A DNA stretch of 64,000 bases from an uncultured Acidobacteriota bacterium. GTDB taxonomy: Bacteria; Acidobacteriota; Terriglobia; Acidiferrales; UBA7541. The notes under the pieces are model-generated. The model ran no database searches. It saw only the letters and a program-made list of their open reading frames with translations, and had not been told where the DNA came from. Shown piece after piece: positions 19,688-27,119 of the stretch (positions within the stretch are counted from its first letter, which is position 1; each line of letters opens with the position of its first letter). The translations under genes were made by a program, and so were the position numbers. The stretch spans positions 236,949 to 300,948 of the forward strand of contig CAWBPZ010000007.1 of NCBI GenBank assembly GCA_963790855.1, read 5' to 3'.

Positions 19688-20569
19688 ATGAGCACGGAAA
19701 AGGAAAAGGGATTGGTGTCTTCGGACGCGGAGCTGAAAGAGATAAAGAGCCGGAGAACGTTCTTGCAGCGGGGTGCGATTGCCGGAGCCGTGGGAGCAGC
19801 GGGACTGAGCGGTATTTTGACTTTGGGGTCGCCAACCGCAAAAGCGCTGAGCGCGTTGGGTGTTGGCAAACACGACGACGACCATGATCGTGACGGTTTG
19901 ACGAAGCGCGACACGGACATCCTGATCGCCGCGGAAATTGCAGAAGCGCTCGCGGTGACGACATACACGCACATCATTGAAACGGCTCCGTTTTTTGGCC
20001 GCATACCTTCGGACGATCAGGGATACCTGCGCGCCGCGCGGCAGGAAGAAATGTCGCACTACCTGCTGGAGCAATCGGTTACGGGCCAGCCGTCGCCGTT
20101 TACGGTTTTCTTCTATCCAAAAGGAATGTTCGAAGACACGCAGACGACTTTGAACGTCCTGGTTACGCTGGAAGATGCGTTCATCGCCGCCTATCTGGTG
20201 GGTGTGCGCAATTTCAGCACGCGGGATTTGCGTGTGACAGCCGCGCGGATTATGGGGATCGAAAGCGACCACCGCACGCTGGCTCGCGTGATTGGGCCTG
20301 ATGTGGCGGCGCAAGATGGCGGGCCGATTCAAAAAATCACCGGCGCGCAAGGAGTGGCGGAAAATACGGCTCCGCCGAACAACAACGGCTACGAGCGGAC
20401 GCTGTGCTGGACGGAAATTGACCAGGCGGTCGCGGCCTTGACGCCGTTTGTGGACATTACCGCGGCCAAGACCGCGGGATTCGACGTGGGGAAATCATTT
20501 GGTTTCGAGCCGTTCGCTCCGAAGCTGCCGAATGCGTTGGGGGACTTCATATCGTTCGCGGGTTGCTGA
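19688..20569 (+). CDS. Tat-exported ferritin-like domain protein
   Basis: Tat motif SRRTFLQRGAIAGAVGAAG. Four-helix ferritin-like signatures: EIAEALAVTTY, EEMSHYLLEQ, EDAFIAAYLVG and ESDHRTLA. Confidence 0.7.
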   Translation: MSTEKEKGLVSSDAELKEIKSRRTFLQRGAIAGAVGAAGLSGILTLGSPTAKALSALGVGKHDDDHDRDGLTKRDTDILIAAEIAEALAVTTYTHIIETAPFFGRIPSDDQGYLRAARQEEMSHYLLEQSVTGQPSPFTVFFYPKGMFEDTQTTLNVLVTLEDAFIAAYLVGVRNFSTRDLRVTAARIMGIESDHRTLARVIGPDVAAQDGGPIQKITGAQGVAENTAPPNNNGYERTLCWTEIDQAVAALTPFVDITAAKTAGFDVGKSFGFEPFAPKLPNALGDFISFAGC

Positions 20570-20583
20570 AGTCGACTGGGGTG

Positions 20584-20619
20584 CGGGCGAGGACGTTGAT
20601 GTGTAACGAGCCTCGCCCG
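20584..20619. terminator. Stem-loop between convergent genes (CGGGCGAGG, 18-nt loop, CCTCGCCCG)
   Basis: 9-bp GC-rich stem followed by GGTTTC. It lies between the ferritin-like stop (20569) and the CRTAC1 stop (20630). Confidence 0.4.
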
Positions 20620-20629
20620 GGTTTCGGAG

Positions 20630-22348
20630 CTAGAAGCGGCCTTGCGGCGTCATGTTTTTACCTTCGACGCAGTCGTACGTCTGGCCTGCGGTGAGATTTT
20701 TGTATTCTTCTGTTTTACCGCTGGGCCATTCGATCGTGACGCGGTCGAGTTTGTCGCGTTTGCCCAGGCCGAAGGTTACGGGCAACTCGGATTGCGAGAG
20801 ATAACTGGAGCCGCCTTTTACGAGGCGCTCCTGGGTTGAGCCTTGGTGCTCGATGCGGACCATGGCGCCGATCGCGTCGCGATTCGATTTTGTGCCGGTG
20901 AGGCGGAAACGAATGCTGTGGTTCCCGGCTTGCTGATCGTTGCGGTAGAGATACGCGGGACCGTTGTTGGTCGTCATTAGTATGTCGAGGTCGCCGTCGC
21001 GGTCGAAGTCGGCGTAGCAGAGGCCGCGACCAACTTTCGGCTGGATGAAGGATTCGCCGGTAGATGCGGCGACGTCCTGAAATTTTCCCTGGCCATTATT
21101 GAGAAAAATTTGCGCTGGTTGCGCGTAGCCGACATTGCCGCGAATGTTGCGCACGGTGTCGTCGATGTGTCCGTTCGCGACGACGAGGTCCAGCGCGCCG
21201 TCAAGGTTTGCGTCCAGGAACGCGCAACCGAAACCGAGTGTGTTTTGCGACGCGAGCCCGACGCCAGCCTGGACCGCGACATCGTTGTAGGTGCCATTTG
21301 CGGTGGGACGGTAAAGGCCGATCATTTCATTGTCGAAGTTGGTGATCGCGACGCCGGGAAAACCGGAGTGGTCGAAATCGGCGGCGTCCACGCCCATTCC
21401 GGCGCGGGCTTTTCCTTCGGCGCTGAAGGCGATGCCGGCTTCCACGGCTACGTCCTTGAATGTGCCATTGCGTTGATTGCGATAGAGCTTGTTGGGTTGC
21501 GTGTCGTTGGCTACGAGCAAGTCGGGCCAGCCGTCGCGGTCGTAATCGAGCATAGCGACGCCGAGCGATTTTGAACTGGTGTCGAAGATGCCACTTTTCG
21601 CGGTTACGTCCTCGAAAGTGCCGTCGCCGCGATTGTGGAAAAGCCAGCAGGTTTCGCCGCGGTACGCTTCGGGCGTGCAGTAGGATTTATGTTTGCCGTC
21701 GAGGCTGCAGAAGACGTCGTGCTCGGCGGACCACTTCACATAATTGCAGACGAAGAGGTCGAGCAGACCGTCGCGATCGTAATCGAACCAGAGGGCCGAG
21801 GTGCTGAACCCCGAGCGATTGTCGAGTCCGCTGGAATGGGTGACGTCGGTGAACGTTCCTTTGCCGGTATTGCGAAAGAGGCGATTCTGTCCGACGCAGG
21901 TGACGAGGATGTCGGGAAAGCCGTCATTGTTGTAATCGCCGCAGGCTACGCCCATGCCGTACATTTCAACGTCGAGGCCGGCGCGGTGGGTGACGTCGGT
22001 GAAAGTGCCGTCGCGATTATTGCGATAGAGACGCAGCGTCGTGCGTTGGCGCTTGTGTTGCGGCCAGTCCATGCCGTTGATGAGTAATACGTCCTGCCAG
22101 CCGTCGGCGTCGTAGTCGAGGAATGCGCAGCCGGAGCCGAGAGTTTCCGGGAGAAGTTTGCCGCCGTATGCGCCGCTATTGTGGCGGAACTGAATTCCGG
22201 CGGCGTTCGTGGCATCTATCAGGCGGAAACCGGGAGTCGCTGCGGACTGCGCGGTGATTAATTCGGGCGCATTTGGTGCGTGTTTGGCGCGAGCGAGCGG
22301 TCTTGCGGCGAGGCCCGCCATTCCGAGCAGGAAGGACCTGCGATTCAC
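20630..22348 (-). CDS. CRTAC1-family protein (FG-GAP/VCBS repeats plus ASPIC/UnbV C-terminal domain), exported
   Basis: MNRRSFLLGMAGLAARPLARA signal, repeated DYDxDGxxDL motifs (FLDYDADGWQDVLL, DYNNDGFPDILV, DYDRDGLLDLFV) and a C-terminal SSYLSQSELPVTFGLG. Confidence 0.8.
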   Translation of the reverse strand: MNRRSFLLGMAGLAARPLARAKHAPNAPELITAQSAATPGFRLIDATNAAGIQFRHNSGAYGGKLLPETLGSGCAFLDYDADGWQDVLLINGMDWPQHKRQRTTLRLYRNNRDGTFTDVTHRAGLDVEMYGMGVACGDYNNDGFPDILVTCVGQNRLFRNTGKGTFTDVTHSSGLDNRSGFSTSALWFDYDRDGLLDLFVCNYVKWSAEHDVFCSLDGKHKSYCTPEAYRGETCWLFHNRGDGTFEDVTAKSGIFDTSSKSLGVAMLDYDRDGWPDLLVANDTQPNKLYRNQRNGTFKDVAVEAGIAFSAEGKARAGMGVDAADFDHSGFPGVAITNFDNEMIGLYRPTANGTYNDVAVQAGVGLASQNTLGFGCAFLDANLDGALDLVVANGHIDDTVRNIRGNVGYAQPAQIFLNNGQGKFQDVAASTGESFIQPKVGRGLCYADFDRDGDLDILMTTNNGPAYLYRNDQQAGNHSIRFRLTGTKSNRDAIGAMVRIEHQGSTQERLVKGGSSYLSQSELPVTFGLGKRDKLDRVTIEWPSGKTEEYKNLTAGQTYDCVEGKNMTPQGRF

Positions 22349-22974
22349 GAGATATTCACCAGACCGTTGCGAATGGCGTAGACGACTAGCTCGGCGGTTT
22401 TGTGAATGCCGAGCGCGTCCATGATATTGGCGCGATGGACCGCCACGGTGTTGGCGCTGAGGGAGAGTCGGTCGGCGATGGCTTTGTTGGAATTGCCTTC
22501 GACGATCAGTTGCAGGATCTCGAGTTCGCGCGGGGTGAGGCCGGATTCGCGTTCGCCTTTCAGAGCCGGCGCGCGAGAAACTTCGGGCGCGAGGACGATT
22601 TCGCCGGCAGCGACGCTGCGGATCGCCGCGCCCAGGCCGAGGTCGTCCGCATTTTTCAGGATGTAACCGCGGGCACCTGCGTCGAGCGCCTGGCGGACCA
22701 GGGTGTCTTCAGAGTGCATGCTGAGCATCAGGATGGCTTGTTCGGGAAATTCTTCCAGGATCAGGCGCGCCGCGGCGAGGCCGCTCATAGCCGGGAGCGC
22801 GCAGTCCATTACGATCACGTCCGGACGCAGCTCACGCGCGAGGCGCACGGCATCTTCACCGTTGCTGGCTTCGCCCGAGACTTGCAGATCGCCTTCGTCT
22901 TCCAGCATGCGGCGGAAACCGCGGCGCACCAGGCTGTGATCGTCCACCAGCAGAACGGAAATCTTATCCGGCAT
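22345..22974 (-). CDS. NarL/FixJ-family response regulator (REC plus LuxR-type HTH)
   Basis: VLLVDDHSLVRRG, the VIVMDCALPAMSG phospho-acceptor region, and LTPRELEILQLIVEGNSNKAIADRLSLSANTVAVHR. Confidence 0.9.
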   Translation of the reverse strand: MPDKISVLLVDDHSLVRRGFRRMLEDEGDLQVSGEASNGEDAVRLARELRPDVIVMDCALPAMSGLAAARLILEEFPEQAILMLSMHSEDTLVRQALDAGARGYILKNADDLGLGAAIRSVAAGEIVLAPEVSRAPALKGERESGLTPRELEILQLIVEGNSNKAIADRLSLSANTVAVHRANIMDALGIHKTAELVVYAIRNGLVNIS

Positions 22975-24301
22975 TTGCTTCGTTGCCCTCCCGTGGGACT
23001 CTCATGCGGACCAGAGTTCCACCCTGCGGCGGCTGGGTGAATTCGATGGTGCCACGCAGCAGTTCGGCGCGCTCGCGCATGGCTACCAATCCGATGCCCG
23101 AACGCGCAGCAACGGCTACGCCGCCTTTGCCATGATCTTCTACTTCCAGGTCCAGAGCTTCGGCTGAAAATTGCAGTCGCACTTGCGCTTCGCGCGCGCC
23201 GGAATGGCGGGCGACGTTGTTCAGAGCTTCCTGGAGCACTCTGTAAATGTGAATCGCCGCGCCGCTGTCCAGCGCGAACGGCACGCCGGACTTCTGATAG
23301 CTTATGTCAATTCCGGTTTGCTTCTCTACTGTTGGGATGTACCAGTCCATGGTGCTTTCCAGGCCGGTTTCATCGAGCATGACAGGATGCAGGGCCTGAG
23401 AAAGGCTGCGGACATTGTTCAGGGTTGTTTGGGCAATGTCGCGGACTTCGCGCAAGTCGGTGTGAAGGGCGGAGCCTTCGGGGATGCGTTTTTCCGAGCG
23501 TGTGAGCAGCGAGCCGATGGCGGTGAGGATCTGGCCGAATTCATCGTGGAGTTCGCGGGAAATGGAGCGGAGCATGGATTCCTGCGAGGAGATTAATTTC
23601 TGCGCGAGTTCACTGCGTTGCTGGGAGAGCGCTTCGATGCGGGCGAAGAGCTGGCGGTTGGCGCGGATAAGATAGAGGCTGGTGAGCAGGATCGCGGTGA
23701 GCGTGGCGGTGAGAAACAGATAAACCTGGCGCTGCACGCGGTCATAAATCTGCGCAACTTGCGTTGCGGCTTGCTGTTCACTTTCGTTATTTTGCACCAG
23801 GAGGCGGGCAACGGCGGTGCTGAGCGTGGACTGGCGAGCTTGCAGGGAGAGACGAATTTGGGCGCGGGCTTCGGCGTCTTTGCCGGCTTGCGCGAGGGCG
23901 AAGGTGCGGTCGGCAGCGTCCCAGAATTGCGCGAGGGAGTCTTTCAGGTATTGAGTTTGTTCGGGAGTGCGCCGAGCGATGCTGAGCTGCTCTTCGGCCT
24001 GCAGGGCGCTATCGAGGTCGGTGCGAATGCGTTGGAATTGCGCGGTCCAGGCGGTGAGAGGGTAAGGCTCGTCGTTATCGAGCATGTCACGCATGGCGAG
24101 GCCGAGCGAATTCAGATCGTTCTGCACGCGGAGGAGCTGGAGGGAATCGCGGCGGTTTTGCTCGACCAGGTTATTTTGCAATTCGCGCAGGCGGGAGATT
24201 TGCAGAGTGATGTACCAGGAATAGGCCACGACGGCGGCGATGGTGATGATCAGGCCGAGAAGCAATCCGGTAGTGGGAGAACGCTGCGGCGACCGCGCCA
24301 T
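22964..24301 (-). CDS. Sensor histidine kinase (HisKA_3 / HATPase_c, NarX-like)
   Basis: Two TM segments flank a helical sensor region. H-box ELHDEFGQILTAI, N-box EALNNVARHS, DHGKG and GIGLVAMRERAELL. It overlaps the response-regulator start by 11 nt. Confidence 0.85.
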   Translation of the reverse strand: MARSPQRSPTTGLLLGLIITIAAVVAYSWYITLQISRLRELQNNLVEQNRRDSLQLLRVQNDLNSLGLAMRDMLDNDEPYPLTAWTAQFQRIRTDLDSALQAEEQLSIARRTPEQTQYLKDSLAQFWDAADRTFALAQAGKDAEARAQIRLSLQARQSTLSTAVARLLVQNNESEQQAATQVAQIYDRVQRQVYLFLTATLTAILLTSLYLIRANRQLFARIEALSQQRSELAQKLISSQESMLRSISRELHDEFGQILTAIGSLLTRSEKRIPEGSALHTDLREVRDIAQTTLNNVRSLSQALHPVMLDETGLESTMDWYIPTVEKQTGIDISYQKSGVPFALDSGAAIHIYRVLQEALNNVARHSGAREAQVRLQFSAEALDLEVEDHGKGGVAVAARSGIGLVAMRERAELLRGTIEFTQPPQGGTLVRMRVPREGNEANAG

Positions 24302-24518
24302 GGACGGAAGGATATAACGCCATCGCAGCTGGCACTATACCCAATCCCCGGCGGACGTGTAGTGCGCTGCGATGACCGCCCGTCGTCCGCATGGGGACTG
24401 CTTGGTAACTGAAGTGGTACGCGCATCTGTCAATACTGGATTTCTCTGAGGAATTCCGGTAGTATGCCGTGGTTTTGTTTGTCTGCCATCATTCGGCCAA
24501 AGCGCTTAGGAGACCGGG

Positions 24519-25214
24519 ATGCCCAAGAAGGACAACGCACCAAAGACCCTGCTGGAATCGCTCGATACGTTGGTGGCGAAGCACCACCTGCTGAAGCATC
24601 CTTTTTATAAGGCTTGGACGGAGGGGCAGCTTTCCAAAGCCGAGCTGGGGCTTTATGCGGAGCAGTATTACCAGCACGTGCGCTCGTTTCCCGAGAATTT
24701 GAAGCAGTTGGCGGCGCGGACGAATGGCGACCGGAACTTGAATTCATTGGTGAAAGAGAATCTGGCGGAGGAGCTGGATGCTACCGCGCCGCATCCGCTG
24801 CTTTGGCGGCAATTCGCGGAGTCGGTGGGAGTGAGTGATGCTTCTCTGGAAGATGCGCGGCCTTTGCCGGGGATCGCGGCTTTGCTGGACACCTATGACG
24901 AGGTGGCCGCGCAAGGATCCACGATGCAGGCAGTGGCAGCGTTTTATGTTTATGAGGCGCAGGTGCCGGAGATTGCGAGCCAGAAGATTTCGGGCTTGCG
25001 GCGATTTTATGGAATCAGCGAGCCGCGAGCACTGGCGTATTTCGCGGTGCATGAGGAAGCGGACGTGCGGCATAGGGCGGCTTGGCGCGAGTGGCTCGTG
25101 CGGCAGGAGAATGTGGATACGGTTGGAGTGTTATGCGCAGCCGAGCGTAGCTTGAAAGCTCTGTGGGGCGCGCTGGATGCGGTTTATCCGCAGGGTTGCG
25201 TTTCGAAGAATTAG
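24519..25214 (+). CDS. CADD/PqqC-like haem-oxygenase-like di-iron protein (CT610 family; putative self-sacrificing p-aminobenzoate synthase)
   Basis: HPFYKAWTEGQLSKAELGLYAEQYYQHVRSFP, FYVYEAQVPEIASQKISGLRRFYG and YFAVHEEADVRHR closely parallel the Chlamydia CADD sequence as I remember it. Confidence 0.8.
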   Translation: MPKKDNAPKTLLESLDTLVAKHHLLKHPFYKAWTEGQLSKAELGLYAEQYYQHVRSFPENLKQLAARTNGDRNLNSLVKENLAEELDATAPHPLLWRQFAESVGVSDASLEDARPLPGIAALLDTYDEVAAQGSTMQAVAAFYVYEAQVPEIASQKISGLRRFYGISEPRALAYFAVHEEADVRHRAAWREWLVRQENVDTVGVLCAAERSLKALWGALDAVYPQGCVSKN

Positions 25215-25370
25215 AACCCGTCAGCCACGCAGACTGTCGCACCTGCCTGCTTCGGGAATCTCAGGGCGACAGCAATTCGCTGGGGGAAAAGGCAGTGGCT
25301 AGTGAGAGTGGCTAGGGCTAGAAGCCTCCCCCGATTCTGAAGTGCTCACGAATACCTGAGAATCTAGCTT

Positions 25371-26072
25371 TTATTTTTCCTTCTTTAATACCTTCACGCC
25401 GTTTTGACCCGCAATATACGCTTCGGTTGCTACTTTCAGAAACAGGCCGTGCTCGATGAGACCAACTACATGATCGAGATGATGGGCGGTTTCTTTGGGA
25501 TCGTCCATGGGGCCGAAGGCGCAGTTTAGGATGTAGTGGCCGCCGTCGGTGATGTAGGGCTTTTGGTCCGCACCAAGACGCAGGGTGGGTTTTCCTCCCA
25601 GTTCGGCTAGCCTTCTCGCGGTTACTTGCCAACCGAAGGGCACAACTTCTACTGGAACAGAGACGAGTTCGCCGAGACGCGTGACCAGCTTCGTATCATC
25701 CGCGACGACCGCCATGCGTTTGCTTGCTGAGGCCACGATTTTTTCGCGGAGAAGTGCGCCGCCGTGACCTTTGATTAAGTACAGCGGACCGGGAAGAACT
25801 TCATCGGCGCCATCAATGGTGAGGTCAATCTGGGTGTGTTCGGCGAAAGTGGTGAGGGGAATTTTTTCAGTGCGGGCATGCTCGGCGGTGCGGTCCGAGG
25901 TAGGGATTCCCAGGATGCGCAGACCTTCTTGCGCGACCCTGCGTCCGATGGCGGCGATGGCAAAGGTGGCCGTGGAGCCCGTGCCGAGACCGACCACCAT
26001 GCCGTCCTCGACCAGCATCGCGGCGGCGTCACCCGCTTCTTTCTTCCGTTGATCTTGCTGCGAGAGTTCCAT
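25371..26072 (-). CDS. rpiA: Ribose-5-phosphate isomerase A
   Basis: GLGTGSTATFAI, IDGADEV and IKGHGGALLREK. The start was trimmed to ATG 26072 (MELSQQ). Confidence 0.85.
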   Translation of the reverse strand: MELSQQDQRKKEAGDAAAMLVEDGMVVGLGTGSTATFAIAAIGRRVAQEGLRILGIPTSDRTAEHARTEKIPLTTFAEHTQIDLTIDGADEVLPGPLYLIKGHGGALLREKIVASASKRMAVVADDTKLVTRLGELVSVPVEVVPFGWQVTARRLAELGGKPTLRLGADQKPYITDGGHYILNCAFGPMDDPKETAHHLDHVVGLIEHGLFLKVATEAYIAGQNGVKVLKKEK

Positions 26073-26180
26073 CGGTCTTCCGTCCTGCGCGAAGATTGCA
26101 ACGGCGCACATCATAGCCGGAGACGCGCGCGTTGCCAACGTGCGGCGGTGCGTGCGGCGGTGCATTGCGCGGCAGCGGCG

Positions 26181-26957
26181 TTATTTAAATCCGGCTTTCG
26201 ATTCGGCGAACGTTTCTCGAGCGTGCTCGAATCCAAGTGGGTTCACGTGGACAGCGCCGCGAAAGGGCCGGTCAATGTCCGCGATGGCGACCAGTGCGAG
26301 CGAGAGCAGGAGCGAAAGCGAGAATACCTGGATGGCGTGGAGTTTGAAATTGTCGGTCCCAAATAAACAGGAGGACATCGTGGTGATCACTCCACCAACG
26401 ATCAGGACAATCCACAGGATGCCGGGGAGCTTTGAATTGCTTTGCAATTCGCGCAGGCGACGATGTTCCGTCATGTTGGTGAGCTCGGTGAGGACGTGGT
26501 TCCAGGTGGTTTGTTCGCCGAGACTGGCGGGCTTGGCTTGCATCGTGGTGGCCCACAATTGCTGGACGATACGGTGGGCATGCAAGCTCAAGCTGCCTTC
26601 ATTCATGGCGGGCCACTCTTCGTCGATCATCGCGTCGGCGTAGTCTCGCGAAAGTTTCCGGATTTGATCGCGATCGGCGGGCGCGAGGCCTTCGGACAGG
26701 CGAAACACGTTGACCAGACAATTGGCTTCGGAGTCAGCGGTCATTTCAGCGGCATTGAAGTCGGTCCACACGGCGTAGAGCATGAAGCCCATGATCACGG
26801 CGTAGGTGGTGCCCAGGACGCTGACTTGCCATCCGATGATTTCGTTGTGTTCGCGGCGCTGGCTGGAGGGCCAGAGGCGGCGCATCAACAATAAAAAGAC
26901 GAGGGTGAGCAGGACGCAAAGCAGCACGATGCATATGCTTTGAAGTGCACTCAACAT
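26181..26957 (-). CDS. Membrane protein, DUF4239-like
   Basis: TM helices at both ends and a central helical region (YAVIMGFMLYAVWTDFNAAE). ATG 26957 follows GGAGGA. Confidence 0.5.
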   Translation of the reverse strand: MLSALQSICIVLLCVLLTLVFLLLMRRLWPSSQRREHNEIIGWQVSVLGTTYAVIMGFMLYAVWTDFNAAEMTADSEANCLVNVFRLSEGLAPADRDQIRKLSRDYADAMIDEEWPAMNEGSLSLHAHRIVQQLWATTMQAKPASLGEQTTWNHVLTELTNMTEHRRLRELQSNSKLPGILWIVLIVGGVITTMSSCLFGTDNFKLHAIQVFSLSLLLSLALVAIADIDRPFRGAVHVNPLGFEHARETFAESKAGFK

Positions 26958-27119
26958 GCTTGATTCCTCCCTTGCAGACGCGCCGATGTAAGCCGCTGCC
27001 CGAGGCATTTTATCCGGCGGGCGGAGCTTAGCAGAAAAATTTCGAAGAAACGATTGGCGAATGAATTGGGACCTTCGCGGCTTTGTGCGCTTGGAGTCGA
27101 GGGCCTGGCGAAGCGAGGG

